Of a stretch of 57,559 nucleotides of DNA, positions 17,393 to 27,470 are shown in pieces. Every line of letters starts with the position of its first letter. The first letter of the stretch is position 1. The position numbers were made by a program, and so were the translations under genes. The notes below the pieces were generated by a model. It had not been told where the DNA came from and searched no databases. It saw only the letters and a list, made by a program, of their open reading frames with translations. The DNA lies in NCBI GenBank assembly GCA_946402415.1, contig CAMIWK010000001.1, positions 1 through 57,559 of the forward strand, read 5' to 3'. This DNA comes from an uncultured Fibrobacter sp. GTDB lineage: Bacteria; Fibrobacterota; Fibrobacteria; Fibrobacterales; Fibrobacteraceae.

Positions 17393-19759
17393 CTAGAACA
17401 GGAATCCGCCGAAGCGGACAATTACTCCTGCAAACACCACGCTCACCATAGTCATGAGCTTGATAAGGATATTCAGGGAAGGTCCTGCGGTATCCTTGAA
17501 TGGGTCGCCTACGGTATCGCCGACGACGGCGGCCTTGTGTGTATCGGAGCCCTTGCCACCGTAGTTCCCCTTTTCCACGAACTTCTTCGCGTTGTCCCAG
17601 GCGCCGCCTGCGTTGTTCAGCATGGTGGCGAGGGCAAACCCGCACGCAAGGCCGCCCACCAGCAGGCCGAACACGCCTGCCACACCCATAAACAGCCCCA
17701 CCAGCACAGGGACGATGACCGCCAGCAGCGACGGGATGACCATCTCGTGCTGGGCGCCTACAGTGGAGATTTCTACGCAGCGGGCGTAATCCGGCTGGGC
17801 GGTTCCTTCCATGATTCCCGCGATTTCCCGGAACTGGCGACGGACCTCTTCGACCATGGCGCTGGCCGCACGGCCTACCGCCTTGATGGTGAGGGCGCAG
17901 AATACAAAAGCCATCATAGCGCCAATGAATATGCCGCCCAGCAGAAGCGGGTTCATTAGGTTCAGGTTGTAGATGTTCATAAAGTCTACGTAGTTCGCTT
18001 TGCTGGCCACAAGCCCGATTAGTTCACCGCTGGCAGAGACGGCCCGGTTCCCGCCATCGAGAATCTTTGCGCCGTCGATATTTGCAACGGCGTTCACCAG
18101 ATCCTGACTGTGGTTGGCGAAGGTAACGCTACCTACGTTCCAGAGGCCCTTGGCGGATGTGGCCAGGTGCCCAATCCATATCTTGATTTCTTCGACGTAA
18201 GATGCCAACAGGGCCATAGCGGTAAGGGCAGCTGAGCCGATGGCGAATCCCTTGCCTGTGGCTGCGGTGGTGTTCCCCAGCATATCCAGCTCGTCGGTGC
18301 GGGCACGGACGCTGGCATCGAGGCCCGCCATCTCAGCGTTGCCGCCGGCGTTATCGGCGATAGGTCCGAAGGCATCCGTTGCAAGGGTGATGCCCAGAGT
18401 GCTCAGCATACCCACAGCCGCAAATCCTACGCCGTAGAGGCCCATAGCCATGTTCTCGAAACCGCCTGCACACCCGAAGGCGGCAATAATCCCAATCACG
18501 ATGGTCACTACGGGGAGCCCGGTAGAGAACATACCCACTGAAATGCCGTCGATGATGGTGGTGGCAGGCCCGAGCTTGGCCTGACCCGCAATACCTCTGG
18601 TAGGCTTGTATGCATCGGAAGTGTAGTATTCAGTGAACTGCCCGATAAGTACGCCTGCTGCAAGTCCCGAAAGTACGGCGCCGAAAATACCGAGCTCGAT
18701 AAAGCCCAGCTTCACCATGACAAAGAGGGCGATGAGAATCATGATAGAGGAGCCCAGGGTTCCCGTAAGCAGGGAATGCAACAGGTTCTTGGTAGAAGCG
18801 TCTTCTTTGGTGCGGACCATAAAGATGCCGATAACCGAAAGCACAATGCCTATGGCCGCCACCACCATGGGGGCGAGTACGTAGTTGAGCCCTCCAGGAA
18901 GAGCCGCTCCCAGAGCCGCCGTCGCTAAGATGGATCCGCAGTAAGATTCGTAGAGGTCGGCACCCATGCCGGCCACGTCGCCCACGTTGTCGCCTACGTT
19001 GTCGGCGATGGTGGCCGGGTTCCTGGGGTCATCCTCGGGAATTCCCGCTTCTACTTTGCCCACGAGGTCGGCACCCACGTCGGCTGCCTTGGTGTAAATC
19101 CCGCCGCCCACACGGGCAAACAGGGCCTGCAGGGAGGCTCCCATTCCAAAGGTCAGCATGGTTGTGGTGATTTCTACCGTTTTGCCGTGGAGCCACACGT
19201 CATTTTGCAACAGCGAATCGCTCCAACCGCCTAATGCTAGTTTGTTCGCAATGCTGGCGCCAAACCCGAAGATATTGTGGTCGTAGATGTAGTTTAGCAG
19301 AATGAACCAGGCTGAAATATCCAGCAGGCCAAAGCCCACTACCACAAGGCCCATGACGGCCCCGCTACGGAAAGCGATGACAAGCCCCCGGTTCAGGCTG
19401 CTCATGGCGCCCTGTGCCGTTCGGGAGCTGGCGTAGGTCGCCGTTTTCATTCCCAGGAATCCGCACAGGCCGCTGAAGAATCCGCCGGTGAGGAACGCTA
19501 CGGGTACGAAGGGGTTCTGGATGCCCATGAAGGCGAGCACCACGAATATGGCGAACAGTACCGCGAAAACGATGGAGACGGTCTTGTATTGGCGTCTCAG
19601 GTAGGCGAATGCCCCCACCCGCACAAAGTGGGCGATGGCCTTCATTTTATGGTTGCCGTCGGGGGCTTTCTTCATGGCCCGGTAGAACAGGTAAGCCATG
19701 GCAAGGGCGAAGAGGGCGGCAACGGGAACAAGGAACCAAAAACTGGGAATCGTAGTCAT
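17393..19759 (-). CDS. hppA: Membrane-bound ion-translocating pyrophosphatase (K+-dependent, probably Na+/H+ type)
   Basis: [44 protein letters not shown]. Confidence 0.96.
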   Translation of the reverse strand: MTTIPSFWFLVPVAALFALAMAYLFYRAMKKAPDGNHKMKAIAHFVRVGAFAYLRRQYKTVSIVFAVLFAIFVVLAFMGIQNPFVPVAFLTGGFFSGLCGFLGMKTATYASSRTAQGAMSSLNRGLVIAFRSGAVMGLVVVGFGLLDISAWFILLNYIYDHNIFGFGASIANKLALGGWSDSLLQNDVWLHGKTVEITTTMLTFGMGASLQALFARVGGGIYTKAADVGADLVGKVEAGIPEDDPRNPATIADNVGDNVGDVAGMGADLYESYCGSILATAALGAALPGGLNYVLAPMVVAAIGIVLSVIGIFMVRTKEDASTKNLLHSLLTGTLGSSIMILIALFVMVKLGFIELGIFGAVLSGLAAGVLIGQFTEYYTSDAYKPTRGIAGQAKLGPATTIIDGISVGMFSTGLPVVTIVIGIIAAFGCAGGFENMAMGLYGVGFAAVGMLSTLGITLATDAFGPIADNAGGNAEMAGLDASVRARTDELDMLGNTTAATGKGFAIGSAALTAMALLASYVEEIKIWIGHLATSAKGLWNVGSVTFANHSQDLVNAVANIDGAKILDGGNRAVSASGELIGLVASKANYVDFMNIYNLNLMNPLLLGGIFIGAMMAFVFCALTIKAVGRAASAMVEEVRRQFREIAGIMEGTAQPDYARCVEISTVGAQHEMVIPSLLAVIVPVLVGLFMGVAGVFGLLVGGLACGFALATMLNNAGGAWDNAKKFVEKGNYGGKGSDTHKAAVVGDTVGDPFKDTAGPSLNILIKLMTMVSVVFAGVIVRFGGFLF

Positions 19760-19892
19760 GGGAACCTCCTACTGGAAATCTACCTTCAAAAAAGGGAAAA
19801 AGCACAGAGAACCCTATTTATTTGCGATGAATCGGTTAAAATAGGGATAAAATGCGGATTTTGCACCTCTTGATTTAAGTATCTTTGTGGGT

Positions 19893-20780
19893 ATGCAGTC
19901 TATTGAGAAAGAATCAGCTATTGCTCAGGACTATCTGTCCAAGATTTCTGTTCAGGCGGAAGCCCTATTTGACAAGTATCTCCCTCCGGTGACGGATCAG
20001 CCCTGTCGCCTGCACGAGGCCATGCGCTACTCCATGCTAGCTGGAGGCAAGCGCCTGCGTCCGGCCCTTGTCCGGGCCACCTTCGATATGTTTGGCGGCA
20101 AGGGCGAAAATGTGGAATATGCTATGGTCGCCCTGGAGATGATTCACACCTTCTCCCTGATTCACGATGACCTGCCCTGCATCGACAACGACGATTTCCG
20201 TAGGGGCAAGCCCACCAGCCATAAGCAGTTTGGCGAGGCTACGGCTGTTATGGCTGGCGATGCTCTGTGCGTTTTGGCATTTGAACTTATGGGCAAGACG
20301 GGCAACGCCCGCGCTATCGAGGTCTTGGCCCACCTGCTTAGCACTTATGGCCTTATTGGTGGCGAGATGATCGACATCGAGTGCGAAGGCAAGGAAGTGG
20401 ACCTGGAAACGGTGGACTATATTCATTACCACAAGACGGCAGCCCTTATCGAGGCGGCCCTTCAGGTAGGCGCCATGCTTGCCGGTGCAAGCGACAAGGA
20501 TATCCAGATTATTCGCCAGTACGGTAGGGCTATCGGCCTTGCATTCCAGATTGTGGATGACATTCTGGACATTGTCTCCACCACCGAGGAACTGGGCAAG
20601 GATGCTGGTTCCGACATTGAGAAGGGCAAGGCGACCTACCCCTCTGTGGTGGGGTTGGACAAGTCCAGGGAAAAAGCCAAGGAACTTTACGAAGAATCCA
20701 TCCGCGCCTTGGATGGGCTTTCTTGCGACACGAACGTCCTTCGGGCCATAGCCGCATTCATTATTACCCGGGTTAAGTAA
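19893..20780 (+). CDS. ispA: Farnesyl/geranylgeranyl diphosphate synthase
   Basis: GGKRLRP, SLIHDDLPCIDNDDFRRGKP, KTAAL, FQIVDDILD; coupled to dxs. Confidence 0.92.
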   Translation: MQSIEKESAIAQDYLSKISVQAEALFDKYLPPVTDQPCRLHEAMRYSMLAGGKRLRPALVRATFDMFGGKGENVEYAMVALEMIHTFSLIHDDLPCIDNDDFRRGKPTSHKQFGEATAVMAGDALCVLAFELMGKTGNARAIEVLAHLLSTYGLIGGEMIDIECEGKEVDLETVDYIHYHKTAALIEAALQVGAMLAGASDKDIQIIRQYGRAIGLAFQIVDDILDIVSTTEELGKDAGSDIEKGKATYPSVVGLDKSREKAKELYEESIRALDGLSCDTNVLRAIAAFIITRVK

Positions 20781-22648
20781 TGGAACTGAAGAACATAAAG
20801 TCTCCAGAGGACATCAAGCATTGTTCTGTGGAGGAGCTTTATAACCTGGCGTCCCAGGTCCGTGAGACCATCATTAGCCAGGTGGCTAAGCATGGTGGGC
20901 ACTTGGCGTCTAGTCTCGGGGTGGTGGAATTGACCATCGCCCTCCACTACGTGTTCAACGCTCCCGAAGACAAGATTGTGTGGGATGTGGGCCATCAGGC
21001 CTATGTGCACAAGCTTTTGACAGGCCGTTACGACCGGTTCGACACGCTCCGCCAGCAGGGCGGTATTTCGGGATTCTTGAAACGCTGCGAAAGCGAGTAC
21101 GACTGCTTTGGCGCGGGGCATGCCACTACCTCTATTTCTGCCGCCCTCGGCTTTGCCGTGGCCCGTAACCACTTTAACCGCAAGAACAACGTGGTGGCTG
21201 TCATCGGTGACGGCTCTATGACCGGCGGTATGGCTTACGAGGCCCTGAACAACGCGGGTATTTCCAAGCAGAACATGACCATCATCTTGAACGATAACAA
21301 GATGAGCATCGCCCCTAACGTAGGCGGCTTTAGCAAGTACTTGAACAGGGTCATTTCGGACCCGGTCTACAACAAGATGCGTTCTGACCTGGACCGCCTG
21401 ATGACAAGGCTTCCGGGCGTGCTGGGAAGTCGGTTCCGCGACCTGTTCCTGCAGGTGGAAAATGCGGCGAAGAACGCCGTGAAGCCCGGAACATTCTTCG
21501 AGGACTTGGGGATTCGTTACTTTGGGCCTATTGATGGTCACGACATCAACGAACTTATCATGATTCTGGAACGCGTCAAGTCCCAGCCGGGCCCCTGCCT
21601 GGTTCATATCTTGACGGAGAAGGGCCGCGGCTTGAACGCTGCCGAGCAGAATCCGACCAAGTTCCATGGAACGGGTCCCTTCGATCCCGAAAGCGGACTT
21701 CCTCTTTCGCCGGGCAGTCCAAACCCTTCTCTTACCAGCGTCTTTGGAAAGACTTTGCTGGAACTTGCCCGCAAGGACAACCGCATTATCGGCATTACGG
21801 CGGCCATGCCTACAGGTTGCGGCCTGGACATTGTGGCCAAGGAACTGCCTGAACGGGTAATCGATGTGGGCATTGCCGAAGAGCATGCGGTGACCTTTGC
21901 GGCAGGCCTTGCCTGCGACGGAATTGTGCCGGTAGTGGCCATCTATTCCAGCTTTATGCAGCGTGCCTACGACCAGATTATGCACGACGTGGCCCTGCAG
22001 AAACTGCATGTGGTTTTCGTGCTGGACCGTGCGGGCCTTGTGGGTGCCGACGGACCTACCCATCACGGGACTTTTGACTTGTCGTTCTTGCGGACGGTGC
22101 CGGGCATGACGGTTTTGGCGCCTTCAAACGAGAACGAGCTTCGGGATATGCTGAAGGCCTCTATCGACATGGAAGGCCCGGTGGCTATACGTTACCCCCG
22201 CGGCACGGCCCTCGCAGAAAAACTTTCGGAACCGCCTGCCACTGTAGACGTGAAGCTCCCGAAGGTTTTGGAACAGGGCAAGGGCATTTTGCTTTTGGGT
22301 GCAGGCTTTATGACCAACGAGCTGAAGACTACGGCTAAGATTCTCCGCGAGCACGGTCACAATCCCACTCTCGTGGATGCCCGCCTGGTAAAGCCGTTAG
22401 ACCCCGAATGCTATAGAGATTTGTTCGAGAAACACGATATTATTGTCACTCTCGAAGACAACACTGTGGTTGGCGGTTACGGATCAGCCGTGATGGAGCT
22501 TGCCGCAGATCTTGGATATTCAGGCAAGAAATTCTTCCGGTTCGGAATCCCGGATAATTTCGTGGAGCAAGGTGAAATCAAGAACCTTTACAAACTCTTG
22601 AAGATAGACGGCGAATCTGTCGCCGAACAACTGATGGAAAAACTATGA
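20780..22648 (+). CDS. dxs: 1-deoxy-D-xylulose-5-phosphate synthase
   Basis: GGHLASSLG, WDVGHQAY, GDGSMTGG, DVGIAEEHA, DRAGLVGADGPTH, IRYPRG. Confidence 0.97.
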   Translation: MELKNIKSPEDIKHCSVEELYNLASQVRETIISQVAKHGGHLASSLGVVELTIALHYVFNAPEDKIVWDVGHQAYVHKLLTGRYDRFDTLRQQGGISGFLKRCESEYDCFGAGHATTSISAALGFAVARNHFNRKNNVVAVIGDGSMTGGMAYEALNNAGISKQNMTIILNDNKMSIAPNVGGFSKYLNRVISDPVYNKMRSDLDRLMTRLPGVLGSRFRDLFLQVENAAKNAVKPGTFFEDLGIRYFGPIDGHDINELIMILERVKSQPGPCLVHILTEKGRGLNAAEQNPTKFHGTGPFDPESGLPLSPGSPNPSLTSVFGKTLLELARKDNRIIGITAAMPTGCGLDIVAKELPERVIDVGIAEEHAVTFAAGLACDGIVPVVAIYSSFMQRAYDQIMHDVALQKLHVVFVLDRAGLVGADGPTHHGTFDLSFLRTVPGMTVLAPSNENELRDMLKASIDMEGPVAIRYPRGTALAEKLSEPPATVDVKLPKVLEQGKGILLLGAGFMTNELKTTAKILREHGHNPTLVDARLVKPLDPECYRDLFEKHDIIVTLEDNTVVGGYGSAVMELAADLGYSGKKFFRFGIPDNFVEQGEIKNLYKLLKIDGESVAEQLMEKL

Positions 22649-23892
22649 GCGAAGAAAACAAGACCCCGCGTACCATAAGGAAGACTCTGGACCGTAAGTT
22701 CGGTGTCAGCGAAAGTCGCGAAGAACGTCGCCCCCGCCGCGATGACAAGAACGGTGATGATAGGGAATTTGGCCGTGGCCCTCGTGGAGCTCGCCCTCGT
22801 GGACTTCGCGAAGACGGAAGCCCTCGTGAGGGGCATTCCGGAGAACGTCGTTTCGATCGCGAACATCGCCCCTTTGATCGCGAACGCCGGCCCCGCCGTT
22901 TCGATGACAGGCCTTTCGGACGTTCCGAGCGCTTTGGCCGTTCTGACCGGCGCCATGAAGGCGACCGCCCCTTCCGCGGGTTTGACAAAGTCAACAAGCC
23001 CATCTACCGCCAGCGTCCAGAACAGAAGTCCGAGACCAATGGTGACGAGACTCTGGATGAATCTGTATTGGAAGCACGCGTAGCCGCTTCCGAAGCTTCC
23101 GAGGCCACAGGCTCCAATCCTCCCTGGTTCAAGAAGCTTCTGGCCCTCACTACCGAAAAAGGTCGTGAACGCGAAGGCCGTTTCTTGGGCGAAGGCGTTC
23201 ATGTGGTGAACGAGCTGGTGACCAACCATCGCGAGCTGGTCATTGCGATCTACGCCGTAGAAGGTTTTGAGGATAAGGTTTTGATGGACACCATCAACGA
23301 GGCGGGAATCACTGTCCACGAGATGTCCGCTGAAATGATGAAGCAGATTAGCTCTACGGTAACACCTCAGGGCATTATCGCCCACTGCCGTATAGCCAAT
23401 ACCAAGCCCAACTATGAGTCCAGCCGCAGCGTGCTTACGCTGGTAGATGCGGTACAGGATCCGGGCAACTTGGGAACGCTTTTCCGTACCAGCCTCGGTT
23501 TTGGTTCCGATGGAATGATTCTTGGGCGTGGTACCGTAAGCCCCTTCAATCCGAAGGTGGTGCGCGGCTCCTCGGGAACGTTCCTGCGGGTGCCTTTTGA
23601 GTTTGATGTGGATTTGATTGACCAGATCAACTTCTTGCGCAGCAAGGGCTACACCATTGTGGCTACGGATTTGCATGCCAAGCAGTCCCTGCGTCAGATC
23701 CCGGAGCGCAAGCTCCGCAAGATGGCCTTCTTGGTAGGCAACGAAGGTGCGGGTACCAATCCCTACTTCATTGAACTTGCCGATGAGACGGTGAAGATTC
23801 CCATGAGCAGCGAGCTGGAATCTTTGAATGTGGCTGTGGCTCACGGCATTCTCAGCTACGAAGCGGCCCAGATTCAAGAGGATTTGAAGTAA
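22645..23892 (+). CDS. TrmH/SpoU-family RNA methyltransferase with an Arg/Asp/Gly-rich N-terminal extension
   Basis: VQDPGNLGTLFRT, VGNEGAG, IPM...ESLNVAVA. Confidence 0.92.
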   Translation: MSEENKTPRTIRKTLDRKFGVSESREERRPRRDDKNGDDREFGRGPRGARPRGLREDGSPREGHSGERRFDREHRPFDRERRPRRFDDRPFGRSERFGRSDRRHEGDRPFRGFDKVNKPIYRQRPEQKSETNGDETLDESVLEARVAASEASEATGSNPPWFKKLLALTTEKGREREGRFLGEGVHVVNELVTNHRELVIAIYAVEGFEDKVLMDTINEAGITVHEMSAEMMKQISSTVTPQGIIAHCRIANTKPNYESSRSVLTLVDAVQDPGNLGTLFRTSLGFGSDGMILGRGTVSPFNPKVVRGSSGTFLRVPFEFDVDLIDQINFLRSKGYTIVATDLHAKQSLRQIPERKLRKMAFLVGNEGAGTNPYFIELADETVKIPMSSELESLNVAVAHGILSYEAAQIQEDLK

Positions 23893-24788
23893 TGAATTTC
23901 CATGGACTTCTAGAACAGCGTATCGCCAAGTGCGGAAACCCGATATGTCTGGGTATGGATCCGGTCTTGAAGCTTATCGATCCCTGCTGCCCTGATGGTT
24001 CTGCCGAAGACAAAATCAAGCGTTTCTATTCCGAAATTCTGGAATGTGCCCTTAAGCGGGGCGTGACCCCTGCGGTAGTCAAGCCCAATAGCGCCTACTA
24101 CGAATGCGTGAGCGTGCAGACTATGCTGGTACTGCAGCAGTTGATTGCCGATTACAGGAGTGCGGGCATTCCGGTGATTCTCGATGCCAAGCGTGGCGAT
24201 ATCGGCAAGTCCAGTGCCGCCTATGCTACCGCGGCTTACGACGTGTACAAGGCCGATGCTGTAACGGTTTCCCCCTGGATGGGTTCTGATTCTGTGGGTC
24301 CGTTCATTCGCGAGAATTCCGAAGGAAACGGCGCCTACGTGCTGCTCCGTACAAGCAACAAGGGCGCCCACGATTTTCAGGATATGAGCGTTGTTCGCAG
24401 TGATGACCCTCGTGACAGGGCTGAGGCTTTTTATTCCGTAGCTGACAAGATTATGGAATGGGATGGAACTCTCGGTTACCTGGGCGCTGTCGTTGGGGCT
24501 ACCCATCCCGAAGAGCTAGAAAAGATTACGGCCTACTGTGCCGCTAAAAAGCACGAGATTCCCTTCCTTATTCCGGGCGTGTCCATTCCGGGCGTGCCGG
24601 GTGGCCAGGGTGGCGATGCCAAGACGGTTCTGACAGCCATTGCGAACGGCGGTGGCAGGCGTAAGTTCCACGTGCTCAATAGCTCCAGTGGTTTGAACTT
24701 CGCTTACCAGCGTAGCGGCAATCCGGCAAACTTTGCAAGTGACTGCATCGATGCTCTGGAAAAGCTTGCGGAGTCCTGCGTTTTATAG
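23892..24788 (+). CDS. pyrF: Orotidine-5'-phosphate decarboxylase
   Basis: CLGMDP, KPNSAYYE, ILDAKRGDIG, RTSN, GAVVGAT, LIPG...QGG. Confidence 0.93.
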   Translation: MNFHGLLEQRIAKCGNPICLGMDPVLKLIDPCCPDGSAEDKIKRFYSEILECALKRGVTPAVVKPNSAYYECVSVQTMLVLQQLIADYRSAGIPVILDAKRGDIGKSSAAYATAAYDVYKADAVTVSPWMGSDSVGPFIRENSEGNGAYVLLRTSNKGAHDFQDMSVVRSDDPRDRAEAFYSVADKIMEWDGTLGYLGAVVGATHPEELEKITAYCAAKKHEIPFLIPGVSIPGVPGGQGGDAKTVLTAIANGGGRRKFHVLNSSSGLNFAYQRSGNPANFASDCIDALEKLAESCVL

Positions 24789-24792
24789 AATT

Positions 24793-25617
24793 ATGCGTTA
24801 CCTGATTTGTCTCATCCTTGCTGTTGCGGTCATTGCGTTCGCGTTCCATTACGCGAAACCCTTGCCCAGTACCAACTTTGATGAGACGTTCTTGCCCAAG
24901 GCCGACTACGTGAAGTATGTCGCTGCGGGTAATGACGCGTCGGTGGCGGGATTGTTCTGGATTAAGGGCCTTACGGAATTGGGCGATAGCTTCTTGTCGG
25001 GCAAGGAATATGTCTACCTGAGTCATGTGGCCAACCTTTGTACGGAACTTGATAGCCTGTTCTATACGCCTTACTATTTTGTGAGTGCCGTGACACCTAT
25101 GGATACCAGGGATACGACGGATTACCTGGTAATGCGTCGGGCATTGAGGATTTATCCAGAGCAGTGGCGTCTCGCAGTAGCACACGCCTTGCGTTTGTCA
25201 AAGGGGCCTTTCCCCAACAAGACGGCAGCGGCCAATGTAATGCGCCCCTATTTTGATAGCCCCGATACCACCATTCCCGCCCATATTCGGACTATTTACC
25301 GGACTTTTGAACTGGATACCATGCAGACGGAAATGGCCGTGGAGATGGTGTTGAACGATGTGATGCAGCCCCGGTTCAAGAAATTCCGTACAAGCTTCTA
25401 CAACAAGACGTATCGCATCCTCGGTTATCGGGGGAGAAAGACCGGTGCCGATTCTACGGTGTTTAACGAGGTATCCAGAACTATCGACTTGTTTGCCGAT
25501 GGAAAAATTGCGCCAGCACAGGCGTACAGCCATTTGCTTCAGCTGAAAAAGCCCGAAGAGGTGAAGCCCGCACTCGATTCTACGGTGACGTCCGCTGCAG
25601 ATTCAGCGGCAAATTAA
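24793..25617 (+). CDS. Membrane-anchored helical/TPR-like hypothetical protein
   Basis: N-terminal hydrophobic helix from ATG 24793, 4 nt after the pyrF stop; host-like codon usage. Confidence 0.65.
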   Translation: MRYLICLILAVAVIAFAFHYAKPLPSTNFDETFLPKADYVKYVAAGNDASVAGLFWIKGLTELGDSFLSGKEYVYLSHVANLCTELDSLFYTPYYFVSAVTPMDTRDTTDYLVMRRALRIYPEQWRLAVAHALRLSKGPFPNKTAAANVMRPYFDSPDTTIPAHIRTIYRTFELDTMQTEMAVEMVLNDVMQPRFKKFRTSFYNKTYRILGYRGRKTGADSTVFNEVSRTIDLFADGKIAPAQAYSHLLQLKKPEEVKPALDSTVTSAADSAAN

Positions 25618-25631
25618 TTCTTTATTTCGAA

Positions 25632-26402
25632 TTACTCTCCACAACGCTTGGCGTTGTTAGGGAGACCCATCAGTTCGAAGGCGTTTTTGCAACGGAGCTT
25701 CAGGTCATCCTTGTCCTTCTTTGAAACGCCCTTGAGCAAGGAGCGTTCCCAGAGGATAGTAGCCGTCATATAGGAGAAGTTGCTCTTGATGGCTTTTTCT
25801 TCGGCTGCCTTGTAGAAGGTCTCAGCGTCGGAATCTCCTAGCAGCCTAGAGACGTTTGCGGCCGTATAGGCGTAAAAGCCTTCGCCGTCATCACTGTTCT
25901 TTGCGGTCATCTTGAGAGCCTGCCTGGCATTGTCTTCATGCTTGTTGCCGGCGTGGGCAATGGCGCAACCCGAGTAGAAAGATGCCTTCAGGGTTTCATC
26001 GCATTTTTTTATGTCGGAGTCTTCAATAGACCTGCAGATCTTTTCGCCTTCGCCGAACTTCTCCCTTGCATTGGCCAGAGAGATCTTGTTGATGTTGAAC
26101 ATCAGCTTTGTGTTTTCATCCATCGCTTCTTGACGGACAACACTGAGCAGTGAATCTGCAAAGTCTAGGTCCAGACTCATGATGCGGACCTTCGCCATGG
26201 AGTTGAGGACACGCCCTTCGGCAGCTAAGTCCGCTTCTTTGCGGCTGGCAAGAAGGGCCCGCTCCAATTGACCGTAACCCTTGGCGAACTTCCCTTTGGC
26301 TATGGACTTTTGGGCGCGAAAGGCTAGCACCGAAGACTCGGAAGCAAAGCTCATTCCCGAGAAAATAAGGACCAGTGCCAGGGTGAAGATTCTATTTACC
26401 AT
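25632..26402 (-). CDS. Secreted alpha-helical (TPR-like) hypothetical protein
   Basis: Signal peptide MVNRIFTLALVLIFSGMSFA; start overlaps the stop of the MCE gene; SD GGAG. Confidence 0.65.
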   Translation of the reverse strand: MVNRIFTLALVLIFSGMSFASESSVLAFRAQKSIAKGKFAKGYGQLERALLASRKEADLAAEGRVLNSMAKVRIMSLDLDFADSLLSVVRQEAMDENTKLMFNINKISLANAREKFGEGEKICRSIEDSDIKKCDETLKASFYSGCAIAHAGNKHEDNARQALKMTAKNSDDGEGFYAYTAANVSRLLGDSDAETFYKAAEEKAIKSNFSYMTATILWERSLLKGVSKKDKDDLKLRCKNAFELMGLPNNAKRCGE

Positions 26403-27403
26403 AGGGTCTCCACCATAAAGGGGATGCTGTCGCGGTTGGGCAAGTTCCGATTGACTATCCACATGTTGGAAACGCCCTCCATCAGCTCGTCGGCGTTCTG
26501 CAGGGTGTTTTCCGTACTTTCCATGAAGTCCGAAAGCCCGATGGTGATTTTCCCGAGTTCGGCAATCATGTCATCTGCGCGGTCCACCGTACCCCCAAGC
26601 TTGCCCATAAGGGCGTCCACTTTTCCGGGTAGGGGCTTCAGTTCCGACATCATGCCGGAGACGTCATCCATCATGCCGGAGACATTGTTCATCACGTTGT
26701 CCATCCGGCCTATGAGGGGCGGGACGGTGAGCTGCAGGGTATCCATCAGGTTTGAAACTTTGTGGATGGCCCTTGTCCCGCTGAGGGTGATGTCATCCAG
26801 TCGAACAAGCTGTCGGTTCAGGTTGTCGTAAAGGGCGCGGGACCCAAACAGGGCGCCGATAGTGGTTCCCGTATCCATAGCCATGGATACCAGCGTGTCA
26901 GCGGCATCAATAAGCTGGTTCACTCGACCTAGCAGTTCGTTGGCCGTTTCCAGCACGGTTTCGATATCCTGAGCCTTGCCAGGGGGCAGAAATTCTCCGT
27001 CTTCTAGGACCCGTCCTTTGCCGCGCCGGGCTTCAATGTTGATGACGCGGGCAGAAATCACGTTCTGGTCGCGGATGGCGTACACCTGGGCGCTGTCGGT
27101 AATCCAGTTCTGGTACTTCTTGTAGATGGTAAATTCCATATACACGCCGTCACCTTCGATTTTCATGTCGGTAATCTGACCCACGTCTACACCGCTAATC
27201 TGGACACGGGTACCGGGTCTGAGGCCTAGGGCCTTATCGAAGGTACTGTGGAGCTTGTATTCCTCCACGCCGATCATTCCGCTGGTAAAAAGCTTTGTAT
27301 AGAGCACAAGCCCGAATATCATCACGGCAACCGTGAAGAAGATACCGACCAAAAGGCCGGACATCTCCATCCAGTTTATCTGCTTGATGGGCTTGAACTT
27401 CAT
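26396..27403 (-). CDS. MCE/MlaD-family protein with a long helical tail
   Basis: TM helix, then FDKALGLRPGTRVQISGVDVGQI, followed by heptad-rich helices. Confidence 0.88.
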   Translation of the reverse strand: MKFKPIKQINWMEMSGLLVGIFFTVAVMIFGLVLYTKLFTSGMIGVEEYKLHSTFDKALGLRPGTRVQISGVDVGQITDMKIEGDGVYMEFTIYKKYQNWITDSAQVYAIRDQNVISARVINIEARRGKGRVLEDGEFLPPGKAQDIETVLETANELLGRVNQLIDAADTLVSMAMDTGTTIGALFGSRALYDNLNRQLVRLDDITLSGTRAIHKVSNLMDTLQLTVPPLIGRMDNVMNNVSGMMDDVSGMMSELKPLPGKVDALMGKLGGTVDRADDMIAELGKITIGLSDFMESTENTLQNADELMEGVSNMWIVNRNLPNRDSIPFMVETLW

Positions 27404-27470
27404 GCGGAAAAATATAGAAACAGGTAAGCCAGCCCCCTCGTTCCTGGAATCCAAAACCTAATTTTGGAAT

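Noticed and set aside
20687-23877. Long antisense ORFs (459 aa and 429 aa; likewise 30111-31607 and 47832-49334)
   Set aside because: They are shadows of well-conserved sense genes with biased codon usage and show no recognisable motifs.
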